From Piromyces finnis finn (Eukaryota; Fungi; Neocallimastigomycota): 64,000 nt of DNA. The stretch covers positions 496,001 to 560,000 of the forward strand of contig MCFH01000017.1 of NCBI GenBank assembly GCA_002104945.1. Reading direction: 5' to 3'. The notes under the pieces are model-generated. The model was not told where the DNA came from and ran no database searches. It saw nothing but the letters and a program-made list of their open reading frames with translations. Below, in pieces: positions 13,006 through 26,084 of the stretch. The number at the start of each line of letters is the position of its first letter. Position 1 is the stretch's first letter. The position numbers and the translations under genes were made by a program.

Positions 13006-14434
13006 AAATAAACATAAATAGTTAAAATTGCTATAATTCAATTATTAACTATTTAGATTCCTTACTATTGTTTAACTCTATTTTTGAATTATTAAATTAT
13101 ATGTTATAATTTTTATACATTTTCTTATTAATTAATTATATTTTATTATATAGTTATATTATTTGTATATAGTTATTTATTACCTTTAATATTAGTCTTA
13201 TTATAATGTTTTATACTTATAAAATTTTACTTAATTAATAATAAAATATACAATCATTTTAATAATAAGAATTAATATTTATTTTATTAATTAACCTTAT
13301 TATATAATATTCAAAAATTAAGATTATTAAATGAAAACTAACTACAGTTTAGTTACTAGAAAAGGTAATTGTTACACAAATAACAGAAGATACTTTGACA
13401 TAAAAAATTATTATTTATGTCTAAATAAGGGCATAATTAATCGAATAATATAATCTTATTATATTGATATAACTCGGTTCTATTTCCTTTTTAGGGGGAA
13501 ACTTTATGTAATATTATTTCAAATTAATTTTATTAAATATAAATTTGGCTAGAAAAATACAAGAAGCAAAGAATTAATTATAAGAAATAATAATACATTT
13601 ATATATCTTTTAATAATTATAAACTATGTTTTGTTTGTTTAATTAATAAATATATAATAACTAGTATAAAAAGTATAAAAATATTTATTAAAGTATAATA
13701 AAAATATAATAAAATAATTAATAAATATATAATAACTAGTATAAAAAGTATAAAAATATTTATTAAAGTATAATAAAAATATAATAAAATATAAATATAA
13801 AATATAAAATATTATAAATAAAATAATAAATAAAAGAAATTATTTACATAACATAAAATTATGTTATAATTTTATGTTTATATTACTTAAATTAATAAAA
13901 TAAATTTATGTTATCACTTAAATTTATTTTATCTTGTGAGTTTATTTACGCCTCAATTGCTTTTAGTCACGTTGTTACATGACTATTTTAATTTATTTTA
14001 TGTAATTATTAATAAAATAATTTTATTAATAATTAGAGTTTTATATAATATTTCATATCAATATGTTATAATTGAATATATAATATATGATATGTAAAAA
14101 TGTTACACATCATAAATTAAAAATTTATTAATTATAAATTAAAAAATTTTCTATTTAAATATTAAGAGATTATTCATAATATATATTAAGGATTTAATAT
14201 ATGTTACAGTGAGTGATCCATATATTATGAATGAAATTAATTTAAATCCTTAGCTATCCAAAATCATTAAATTTCAAATGATGTATAGTTGGAAAAGGTA
14301 CGAGGATTTTTGGAGAAAAATTTTAAAAATTGAAAAACAAAAATAAATTAAATGAATAAAAATAAAAATTAAATAAATTTTATTTTTTTAACTATTCAAG
14401 CGTATTGTGATATCTTATTTGAACCGTAGCATGT

Positions 14435-14988
14435 TGATAAATAATGAAATTAATAAATATAAAATTATTATTATACCTGATTTTTAAGTTAACCCTAAAA
14501 GTAACTTAAAACAAGTTATAGTTTAATTAAGTACTTTACCAAAATTCTTAAATAAAATTAATCCTAAACACTGCATATATTTTGATTATTGAAAGAAAAT
14601 AATAAACTTTAATTAATCGAGATCAAAATATATAACTTTTGATAAATTAATTGTTAAATTAAATATTTAATAACTTCGTTAGTAAATTACACTTTAAAAG
14701 TAAACAAATATAATAATTCATGTTATAAAATAATATAATTAAACACTTTCATTAGAACATTAAAAATAATTATTACTTTAATTAATTGTAAAAATAAACA
14801 ACTTTTTATATTCTTTAACTTTTAATTATTTCTTTTATTGTTATTTTTAATTACTTTTATTATTTTTATTGTAAATAGTTATTAATTTTATTGTTTTAAT
14901 GTAAATAGTTTAAATTTAAAAGAAAATATAAATACATGTAAATATTCTTATTTTAATCATTATTATTATTATTAATAAAGAAATATTA
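14435..14988 (+). mobile_element. 3'-truncated solo LTR of the 37033-45400 element family
   Basis: Matches the first 554 bp or so of the 812-bp LTR with a few substitutions. Confidence 0.9.
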
Positions 14989-14991
14989 CCA

Positions 14992-15150
14992 CTAGTTATA
15001 TTAATTAACAAATATAATACGCTTTCCTATTGAAGGCGTAAAGCTAATAGTATTTATATAAAGAAAATTAAATAATATTTTTATTTTAGCAATAACTTTA
15101 AGTTAAAAAATTACTAACGCTAAGGCATCGTAATTTTTGTCAAATTTTAA
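14992..15150 (-). mobile_element. Putative non-autonomous Helitron-like 3' terminus; second copy at about 58976-59200
   Basis: On the minus strand a 9-bp GC-containing hairpin is followed 22 nt later by CTAG|T. Homology between the copies stops at this point. Confidence 0.45.
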
Positions 15151-15519
15151 TAATTACTATGAAATATATAAAAATATGTTATTATTAATATTTGTTTTAA
15201 TTTATACAAAAATATATGTATCTGGCATAAGTACGTTTATAAACATGTTTCTTTTATCATTCATATTTGTATATTGATAATTACCATTCATATTTCTTTT
15301 GTTATTATATTTATTAATATTTATCATAACATTATTATTATCTTTACAACTATCACTATTATTGTCATTTTCTATATTATTATCATTTCCATTATTTATA
15401 TAATCAAAATCTATTTTACAATTTTCATTATAATTTTCAATTATTATTTCCAGAACTTTTCTTGTTCTTCTATCGTGCGTTCGCAAAATTGTTACTCAAA
15501 GTGATAGACAAATAAATTA

Positions 15520-16332
15520 ATTTTTTTCCATGTAACTGTATCGTTCCATTTGATTGACTGATTATCTAGTCTTTTCAGGAATATGTTTTTGTACCATGTC
15601 TTCACTTCCTTGCCCCCATTTTCAAGAATTGCGTCACGTATTTGAGACTCTTTTACATTTGAATTAAATCTTGATTACTGAAGTTCCCCCTGTACTTCTT
15701 CAATTGCAGCGTTGAATTCCAATGGTTTAACAGTATTTCTATCAATGTTGTTTGCTAATTCTTGTACCTGAACATTTTCGGCTTTATTTGCCATTTTCAT
15801 TTTCAATGCTTTGATGTCGTTTTCATTTTTTACTATCCCAGCTTGTATGGTAGCACTAAGTGTAGTAGTGAGGGTGGCGAATTGTGACATCATTTATTCC
15901 ATAAAATTTTGCATAGTAATTTGGAGGCCCTCATTTTCTTTTTTTTAATTCCTTGTAGATATTATCCGTAGCAAGGAGTACATTAGCACCAGAATTATTT
16001 TCATTGTAACTAAGGATTGGACCGCTTCCACCATAGGTGTTCTTTATTTCTGTGTCCAAAGTTGGTTGTACATGCTCTTCTGGTAGTTGTTCTAAGTAAT
16101 TGGTTACTGGATCAAAGGATATTTCAGATCCTTTATTAGATTCAGGTGTAGTTTTATCTGTAGGATAACATAATTTGCAGCTTTGATTTTTGCACCTACG
16201 TTCAGTTCGTTCATGGGGGACTTCTCCGTCTATAGGCTTTGCGTCCGGAGTTCTGGTACCTCCGAGATTTTGTTGTGGGGATATAGTTCCCTTATTCTCT
16301 GGTTCGTTTGGTTCGCGGTTTCCTATTTTCAT
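15520..16332 (-). pseudogene. N-terminal part of the coiled-coil Gag-like ORF of the integrase-less family (copy A)
   Basis: ORFs 15931-16332 and 15675-15893 align with the 711-aa ORF (TLDTEIKNTYGG vs TLETEIKNSYGG; ANKAENVQVQELAN vs ANKADSFQVQNLAN). Confidence 0.85.
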
Positions 16333-16970
16333 CTTTAGATAAGGTTTTGAATTTAGAATAATGGTTCGCTTATTTGATATATGAAAGATTGATTCACTAT
16401 CTTTCTCTTGTTTTAATAATTCCTTATAGGGTATTTTGTTTGTTTATTTTTCTTCAAATTAAATTCAAGTTATTCGGCTATTTTCCTAGGCGATCTCTAG
16501 ACTGATTAGTTTGAAGATTAAGAATATAATATCTTAAATTTTATTTTAAAAATTCTTTTGACTTTATAGATTTCCTTTAAAACCTCTTGAAGTACTGTGT
16601 AGTTAATTAAGGTAACCTAAAAATTATAATATGAATTCGGAATAAATTGTTTTTGCTAAATTTACTAGTATTTTAATTAACTCCTTACACAGGTTTTAAA
16701 GATTATTATTGTGATGTTATTATGTATTTTATTTATTTTATTTATTTGTTTATACTATCCTATAGATCTATTTTACAAATAATTTTAATTAATTAATTAT
16801 TATAATGACAAAAGGAAAATAAAATTTAAGATATCGTCTCAAATTTTCATATATTCTTCTTATATTTATACAAATGATTTAGTTTAAACTATTTAACACT
16901 ATATATTTATTTTTAATTTAAATATCCTAATTAAAATTTTAATTTAAAATAACCCCCTAACCCTAACCCT

Positions 16971-18003
16971 AACCTAACCAGGATATTTTTATTTTTACCG
17001 ACGCATCCGCAATTTTTCAACTCAAGGAGGGGAAAGAATTAATACGTAATTACATTACGAACAACGTATACAAAAATAATGATAATCGTGAAGACATCGA
17101 GAATCTTTTTGGTCACAAAAACAAGATAAAAACTGGACATTCCCAAGAAAAAATTCTAAAGCCGATAAGAAAAAATATCGTGATCACATTATACCTCCAC
17201 CAATAGAATTAGACAAAGAGAGAAAATCTTATGAAGTCAAAGAATATAAATTAAAGGAACTTCATTACTAAATCTTACTTAGAAAAGGACAAGACATATA
17301 TACTGCTACTGATCACAAGAACCTAGTAATATATGTTAATTCAGGTTCTAAAGTTGAAACAAACCGTAAATTAAGATTTTTCGAAAATATTTGTAATTTT
17401 AACATAATATCTTGCTATATCGAAGGAAAAGATAACAAGGTTGCCGATTTTCTTTCAAGATTTATTCAACAGGAGAAGGAAGAAGAAACTAGATACGAGG
17501 AAATTAACAACATAGAAGAATGCCAAGCTTCCGACACAATTATAAATCAAAACATGGAAAACAATATACATGAAACAGCATTAAAGTCTTAAAACAATTT
17601 TTAGATGAAAAAGAAAATAGGGAGAAACGAATTTCTAAATTAGAAGAAAAAATAGAACTTCATGGAAACCATGCCATTCTAGATAAAATTGAAGAAAACA
17701 AAAGAAAATTGGATAAAACAAATCAACGAAATAAACGATTTACGATATGATTTAAATTTAAAGGCAAAAATAATAGAATTAACCAAGAAGGTTAACAAAT
17801 TAGAATTAAAGGTCGAAGAACAACAAAACAATGTAGGAAGGTTAGATAATATGCAAAACCAATTGGAAAGAATTAATAGAAAAATAAAGAATCTCATCGA
17901 AGAAAACGGACTTAAAGAAGAACTACCCGATGCACATGACGCAATTTTAGCCAATAATAATAAGAAAAGAAAATTTTCGAACTTTTCAATTGAAATAGAT
18001 TAA
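16971..18003 (+). pseudogene. RNase H plus coiled-coil tail of the integrase-less family (copy A, inverted segment)
   Basis: IFTDAS, TDHKNLVIYVNSGSKVETNRKL, EGKDNKVADFLSRF and C-terminal NDLRYDLNLKA...NFSIEID, all homologous to ORF 51971-53461. Confidence 0.88.
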
Positions 18004-18281
18004 ATAACTCTATTTTAAATTAAAATTTTAATTAGGATATTTAAATTAAAAATAAATATATAGTGTTAAATAGTTTAAACTAAATCATTTGTATAAATAT
18101 AAGAAGAATATATGAAAATTTGAGACGATATCTTAAATTTTATTTTCCTTTTGTCATTATAATAATTAATTAATTAAAATTATTTGTAAAATAGATCTAT
18201 AGGATAGTATAAACAAATAAATAAAATAAATAAAATACATAATAACATCACAATAATAATCTTTAAAACCTGTGTAAGGAG

Positions 18282-19966
18282 TTAGTAATGAAGTTCCTTT
18301 AATTTATATTCTTTGACTTCATAAGATTTTCTCTCTTTGTCTAATTCTATTGGTGGAGGTATAATGTGATCACGATATTTTTTCTTATCGGCTTTAGAAT
18401 TTTTTCTTGGGAATGTCCAGTTTTTATCTTGTTTTTGTGACCAAAAAGATTCTCGATGTCTTCACGATTATCATTATTTTTGTATACGTTGTTCGTAATG
18501 TAATTACGTATTAATTCTTTCCCCTCCTTGAGTTGAAAAATTGCGGATGCGTCGGTAAAAATAAAAATATCCTGGTTAGGTTTAAATGGCGCAAGATTAG
18601 GTAATTTAGGAGTTAATTCATTGAAGAAATTTAGTTCTTCGTCCATTTCTTTAGTCCATATCGTGGTTTTATTAGATAATCCTTGGGAGATATATTTAGT
18701 TTTTTCTGTAAAGTTCTTTATGTAATCCTTAAAGTAGTTTAGGAATCCATAAAGTTGTTGATATTCTTTTAAGGTAAAACATTTCTTAAGGCTTAAAGGC
18801 TTGTTTGAAGTTGGTTTGATTTTATTGAAACCAATGTTGTATCCGAGGTATTCAAATTCTTCGGGGAAAAAGATGCATTTTTATAATTTACAATAGAAGT
18901 TGTTTTCCTTGAATTTTCGTAACGTATAAGCACGAAATTTTAAACATTCTTCTTTGGTTTTGCCATAGATATGTATATCATCTAAATAAATATCGATGCC
19001 TTTATTTAAGTATTTATTTAGAAGTAGATTCAAAATTGATTGAAATATGGATGGTGCAGTGGATAGTCCGAAAGGAAGAACTTTACATTGATATGTCTGA
19101 TTTCTAAATCTGAAACTTTGTTAAGAATCTATATCTAGGTTCAAGATATACTTGATTATAAGCGTTTCTGAGGTCGAGTAGAATATGGTATTTATAGCAT
19201 GCTGCTCTGTGGACTAATTCTATAATTCTTGGTATTGGGTAGATTGTGGTGAAGATAGTTATTGTTCTGAAGGTCCCATCCTTTTTAGGGAAATTAAATG
19301 CATTGCAGGTTGAACTTGATCTGGTCCTTTCTATTTTATTTGCTTCCTCTAATTCTTTAAACTCTGCTTCTAAGGCATCTTTTTGTTTTTTGTCTAAATT
19401 AATATGTGGCATCATAGGTAAACGTTTAACTTATCATATTGTAAAAAGGCATTTAATTTATTAATTTTTCAATTAAAGATTTGTCCCTTTGGTGGTGGTT
19501 GAAATACTTCTTTATATTGTTGAAGTTCTTTGGGTAATTTCTCAATTTCCTTTATAATGAATTTGGTTAAACCTTTATTATCTGTGGAAATAACAATAGT
19601 TTGATTATCCTGTTTTTGCTTTAACAATTGTTCAATTTTGTATTTTTCCTGAGAAGTTAGATCAATTGAATCTATATTATGACTTTCTTCTCTATTTGTG
19701 ATTGAGTTAGATTTTTTAATTATAATTCTTTGTTTATCGTCTAAATATTCTTTATCTCAGTTTGGATCTTCCACATATTTTCTTTTGTTCAGAACTTATT
19801 TAGATTTTTTAATTATAATTCTTTGTTTATCGTCTAAATATTCTTTATCTCAGTTTGGATCTTCCACATATTTTCTTTTGTTCAGAACTTATTTAACCTT
19901 ATCAGTTAGATTCTCTTCTATATTCAAGAAATATGGGTAGTAGTTTGCTTCCAATCTTAGTTTTTT
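18282..19966 (-). pseudogene. Reverse transcriptase and start of RNase H, integrase-less family (copy A)
   Basis: PKKDGTFR, LDLRNAYNQV, LPFGLSTAPSIFQ, IYLDDIHIYG and FEYLGY motifs on the minus strand, with frameshifts. Confidence 0.9.
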
Positions 19967-21239
19967 CATCTTTAAGGATGATTTTGTCATGATAAAAACT
20001 TTTCTTTTTATGTGCCATAGGACCGTCTGTTGGTATAACATTTAGTTTAACTTTTGAGAAATAATATTGATTCTTTTTTAGTTCAATACCTATACTCAGG
20101 TAGCATATTTCCTTAACTTCAGTAATTCAGTAATAGTATCTTAATAAATTATAATGCTAACAATAATTATATCGACATTAGCAATAATAATACCAAAGAA
20201 AATATTATTTATAACAATAATAACAATAAAGAAAATAATATTAATGGCAATTCAAATGAAAATAATTATTTAAATAAAAATAATAATTCTAATGAAAATA
20301 ACAATTCCAAATTTTTTGGAATAATTTCTTATATTTATAAATCTTTTGAAATTAATTATAAAATGTAAAAAAAATAAAATATTTTAATTGAATTAATGAA
20401 TTAGAAAAATTTAATTACGAGAAAATTTCAGACTTATAATATAATAAAATTTTAAAATCAAAATTTAATTATTTAAAAATAGTGGTGTGATATATATTAA
20501 AAAATTTTAAAATCAAAATTTAATTATTTAAAAATAGTGGTGTGATATATATTAAAATAAAGACATTTAAGTCAATGCTCGAAAACTTAACCAACATACT
20601 CATTAACTTATTTTTATAGTTTTTTGAGACAAGCTGTATAGAAAAATATAATATTTTAATATTTTACGAATAATATCTAATCCTTTTATAAATTGCATAT
20701 TAATTACTAATGATAATAATAATTAAACTATATTAGTATAAATTATTATGACGCAAAAAGTTACACATACATTAGAATAATTAATTACACAAGAAAGAAA
20801 AAGATATAAAACAGTGATAAAGAACAAGATATTAAAAAGAGAGAACTTTCATTTATAAATAATATTTGATATTTTAGTTTTAAGTATTAGTTTTATTTTA
20901 TTTTATTTTAGTTTTAGGTTAATAATTACGTATTTAAAATTTATTATATGTAACACAGTTTAAATATTAATTTAACCATTCAACCTGAATCAAATAATTT
21001 AAACTAGGATATGGGAGAAAAATGACTATAATTGTCATTATAAAATTCCTCGTTATTATAACTTTATAATGACAATTATAATAATTGGGATATTCATAAC
21101 AATAATAATATTATTAATGGTAATAATAATAATATGAATGAGAATGATACTGAATATTGTTATCATAGAAATAATCAAATATATGAAAAGACTAGAGAAA
21201 CCTACTATGATAATGAATTTAATATTAAGAATATAAAAG

Positions 21240-22071
21240 AAAGTTATTACACTAAATTTAGTAATCGATTGAAGAAATAGTATCAGTCGCTTAGAAGAAT
21301 GAAAAATTAAATTAATCTAAGCGACTAACACCATATAAAGATTCCGAACGAAAGTAAGAAGAAAATTAATTACATTTAGTACTCCAGCTCTGAAACTTGC
21401 AAAACATAAAGCGGCTAAAAGAAATAATGGAAATAAGAATATGGATTAGGATATTATAGAAGGAGAGATTATGTAATCAAATATTAATAATAATAATAGT
21501 AATAAAACTAAACAAGTAACATTTGTTGATGAAACCAAAATGAATGAAGAACGAACACCAACATTACCAGAAAATTTTCAAAATGTTAATAAAAAGTATG
21601 TTGAAGATAAACAGAAGAAAATTATTACTACTAATAATAATAATAAAAAAAAATTAAACTACTTGGATTTATCAGCTATTAATAAACCAAATATATCAAA
21701 TGTAAAGAAAATCAATAAAATGGAGAAATTAAAAGAAATTCATAAAGCTTTGATTATGGACATGCATTCAATGATAAGTATGGTATAGTTCTTACTCGAC
21801 TCAGGCTCTGCAGGAAATTGTATAGGGTCCAATTTATTGAAAGAACTCGAAGTCAAAACTTATTCAAATAACCAAGATAACACTCTTCAATCTGGAGATA
21901 CTATTACTGAATTACTGAAGTTAAGGAAATATGCTATCTGAATATAGGTATTGAACTAAAAAAGAATCAATACTATTTCTCAAAAGTTAAACTAAATGTT
22001 ATACAAACAGATGGTCCTATGGCACATAAAAAGAAAAGCTTTTATCATGACAAAATCATCCTTAATGATGA
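21240..22071 (+). pseudogene. Gag C-terminal-like region and aspartic protease of the integrase-less family (inverted segment)
   Basis: FLLDSGSAGNCIG at about 21790. 21896-22071 is duplicated in inverted form at 19966-20141, where it is continuous with the RT-bearing strand. Confidence 0.72.
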
Positions 22072-22269
22072 TTTTGGCATTTTATTTATTTTATTTGAAT
22101 TGCCATTAATATTATTTTCTTTATTGTTATTATTGTTATAAATAATATTTTCTTTGGTATTATTATTGCTAATGTTTATTTAATAATATTAGCATTATAA
22201 TTTATTTTATTTAAGTTATTTGAAATATTATTTTTATTAATGTTTGATGATATGTCAATTTCATTTAGA

Positions 22270-22440
22270 AGAAAATTAAATAAGTTATTATCTTGGACCT
22301 TTAAAAATTTTAAAGCGACAACTTGATCCAATTATAAATAATATTATGAAAGGAAATATCCATTTAAAAAAGTATTAATAGAAGATACTACGACTTCAAG
22401 GTACGAAGTCTTATCTAAAGTAGGGCATTCTGATAAAAGA
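22270..22440 (+). pseudogene. Gypsy integrase 3' end with PPT and LTR start (duplicated at about 26410-26570)
   Basis: YLGPLKILKR...TTSRYEVLSK followed by GTAGGGCATTC-TGATAAAAG. Confidence 0.7.
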
Positions 22441-22804
22441 TGCATAGAAAAATATAATTATTTAAATATTATATGACTAATATCTAATATCTAGTTATTT
22501 ATTAAAAACAAATATTTTAAACAAAAAAATCTTTTAAATAAAATAAAATAAATACTAAAACTAAAAATCTTTAAAAATTTAAATCTTCCTAACTGTTTAA
22601 TTAGTGGAATAAAACGGATAAATTATGTGTTACGGGCTAGATCTTATATAATACTTTGACAATATACGAATTATTTTGAATCGTAGAATAATAGAATAAA
22701 TTTAGTTGCCTAGTTGCTGAACCAAAACTCGAAATCGTTAAATAAAAGGAAAAATATAATGAATTACTGAGGAGAAAAAGTTTTAAATTAAAAATTTAAA
22801 AATG

Positions 22805-23210
22805 AAAACTATTCATAAAGTACTTTAAAATCTCTATTAGGATTTTGGCGAGTGGAATTATTTAAGTATTGTTTGGATGCTGAGATTCGAGAGTCAATTC
22901 TTGAGGTGATCGTATGAAGAACAAGTAAAGTTTTACGCCCTGGAAACATCTCTAAAATTCTGGAAACAACTTGATCATGAAGTCCGAACTTGAAGGCATT
23001 CATTTTTGCCTCCTCATTTCAGTTAGATTCTCCAGAGTATCGGTTAAACTCGAGAATATATTCTCTAATTTCACCAATACGTTTTTGTTTTAAGGTTTTA
23101 AGTTTTTGGTTTTCTCTGAAAACAATATCCTCACCTCCGTAAAAGGCCTAAACATGGGTCGTGATTATTAATTATTGTTGTAACCCAATTCATGGTATCG
23201 ACATATAACC
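22805..23210 (-). pseudogene. Retrotransposon gag remnant
   Basis: LKQKRIGEIREYILEFNRY...MNAFKFGL, a retrotransposon-gag-like pattern. Confidence 0.65.
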
Positions 23211-23639
23211 TTGAGATTAGGTAGACTGTTTTATTATAATCATAAAAATAATAAATATCCAAATTTAGGTAGACTGTTTTATTATAATCATAAAAATAAT
23301 AAATATCCAAATTATAAAATAATAATAATAAAAATAAAAACGATATAATATGTCATTTTTGTAATAAAAGAGATCACATTGAAAGAAACTACATATTTAA
23401 AGAAAAACTAGCAAAAGAATATTATTCAAATAATAAAAATTATAAAAATAAGCAAAATAAAAAATATAAAAAGAAATATGCAGATGTAGTTACAAGACAA
23501 AGAAGTAATTACAAGGATATAACACCAAATTTATTCAACGTTGATTATAATTATACATATGAAAAGGAATCAAACAGCGTTGTAAAAGTAAATTTTTCAA
23601 ATAGAAATTATAAAAAGATTGTAAAATCTAAAGGAAACT

Positions 23640-23960
23640 TTAATATGTGGATGCTAGATTCAGGAGCATCAGTACACTTTACAAATGATATTAAATTATT
23701 ACATAAAATTAAAAAGCATAAAGAACCAATTTACTACGCAGATGGTGAAGTTGGTTATTTCACACATATACGCAATTTAAAAGGTTATTTTAATAAAAAA
23801 TAAATAATTTTAAATAATGTCCTATATGTTCCAGATATTAAGAAATTTGATATCCATTTCAAATTTTGTTAAGTATTGAAAATAAATTATTAAATATAAA
23901 CATAAAGATATTTGCGAAACATTTTCATTATCAAAATTAAAAAATCAATCATATTATTAT
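23640..23960 (+). pseudogene. Ty1/Copia protease and pre-integrase remnant
   Basis: MWMLDSGASVHFTND...LNNVLYVPDI, the typical Copia protease pattern, then ICET.SLSK. Confidence 0.8.
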
Positions 23961-25329
23961 AATATTTAATTAAATTAGTTATAAATTTTAAATAAATTAA
24001 AAATTCCAAATTATACAAATCAACGAAATGATAATTTATAAAAATAAAATATAATAATAATAAAGTAATATTATACATTTAAATTAGGTAATTAGTAAAA
24101 TTTATTAAATACAAATTAAATAATATTTTTTTCCAAACCAATTTGGTTTTTTATTATTTAATTAAATAAATAATTCTTCAGGTTTTTCTTCTAGTCTTTT
24201 CCTGAAGAAACTCCGACTAGACTAGAAATCAATTAAAGATATATTAATTAATTAATTAATTAATTAAAGTTAATAAATTAAATTTTTATTTTTGTTGTTC
24301 ATTTGCAAGTCTTTGTTAGTTTAAACTATAAAATTATTTAAAATAAAAGTTCTTTTATTTTCTATTTGTATTAAAGATTTTAATTAAATAAATTAAACAA
24401 AAACAAGTATAAAAACCTTTTATTTTATTTTCTTTATTTTTATTAATAAAATTTAGATACAGATATCATCACTTTCTATATTCATTTATTTGAAATTTTT
24501 TAATAAAAATTTAAAAAATAAATTTTTTCAAAGTATAAAATTTCTAATCTTTGAAATTATTAAATTTTTTTTAAATTATTAAAATTTTATTATTAAAAAT
24601 TTTATTTTAAATTTATTAACTATTAATTTTTAAAAATTAAATATTTTATAATTAAACAATAATTAATTAAAATTAAAAATGTAATAATTAAAATTGTTCA
24701 TGTATAAAAAGAACAAAATTTGACAAAAATTATGAATTTAACTTTTCTATTCAATTCATAATCACAGTCTTAGATTTAGATTATAAAAAAATGTATTTTA
24801 AAAAGGATGTATCTAAACTTGAAACTAATAAATCATATTTTAAAACTAATCGTGAAAACCCCTTTTGTAATGATTCTTGTGTTTCAACAAATAATTCGTC
24901 AGATATTTTAAAAGTATAAAATTAAAAACAGATTTTATACTTAATAATATTATCAACTATATAATAGTTAATAATTAAAAAATTGAAAATAACAATTACA
25001 TTGATTTAACAAACTAAAATTACATGTATTAATATTTTTCATAATTATATTCTAATATATTATTCTATTTAAATAAACATATATTTAATATAAAATAAGC
25101 AAAACTAATCTAATTAAATAATAAAATAATAAGGCTAAACTAAAACTAATTCATTATATAATGAGTAAACTCAAAATTGAATAAATCTCATGTATTATCT
25201 ATAAATTAATTTAATATTATTAATACTATTCATTATATATTTCTTATTGAAATATAAACATATCTATTTTTAAAAGTAAGTTAAAAAAGTGTAACGAAAC
25301 ACGACGAACGCAACCTAGACAAGGATATA

Positions 25330-25872
25330 TTTATATAATCAGTTAAGAGCCTCATGGGAGATAATGACAAGGATAAATTAATAAACTATTTATAAGATAA
25401 ATTTGATAAAAATAAAGAACTATTTAACTGCCTTAGGAAACAATTAATTAATCTATATAAGGAAAATGATTATTTGGAAGATGAATTAAAAGAACAAAAA
25501 AGGTTAAGATGTAAAGATCTCAAGCATTTCCTTAATAAACAAATAGAAGTAGATGAAAAAGATAAATCTAATCAATGATGATATAATCATAAAGATAAAT
25601 GATCTACAAAAGAGAATCGAGAAGATAAAATCAAAGGATTAACTGTTTAAGGTATGACTTAAATTTAAAATCTAACGGTATAGATTTAGTCAAAAAGATA
25701 AACGAAATCGACGACAAAATGAAAGACTATTGGAAACTAATGGTAAAGACGGAAGTAAAGTTAGAAAATAGTCTCTATGGAAGAAATAGAAGAATTTCAG
25801 AAGTCAGAAAACTTTATAATCGCCAATAAAAAAAGAAAATTAGACTCAAACTTTTCTATTGAAATCGACTAA
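25330..25872 (+). pseudogene. Coiled-coil pol tail of the integrase-less family (copy C)
   Basis: LRCKDLK, LRYDLNLK and terminal NFSIEID-stop motifs shared with copies A and B. Confidence 0.75.
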
Positions 25873-26084
25873 TTTAAAATTTAATTAAATTAATATTTAT
25901 ATTATGAATTTATTATATAGTCAAAATAGTTAAATATTATATATAATATATAAAAGGAGAAGAAATATATAAAATTTTATAAAATAGTTTTTATTTTTAA
26001 ATTTTTAATTTCTTTTTAAATAGTTAGTTATCCATTAAAAACAATTATTTTAAACAAAAATAATCTTATTAGGAAAGAAAAATA

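Noticed and set aside
13660-13790. Short tandem duplications (also 19700-19890, 20440-20560, 23215-23310, 46060-46160) as CRISPR-like arrays
   Set aside because: Two-copy head-to-tail duplications without unique spacers; ordinary slippage or repair products.
15202-15504. Overlapping ORFs 15202-15486 (-) and 15274-15504 (+)
   Set aside because: Low-complexity Asn/Ile-rich frames arising from AAT-rich sequence, with no recognisable domain.
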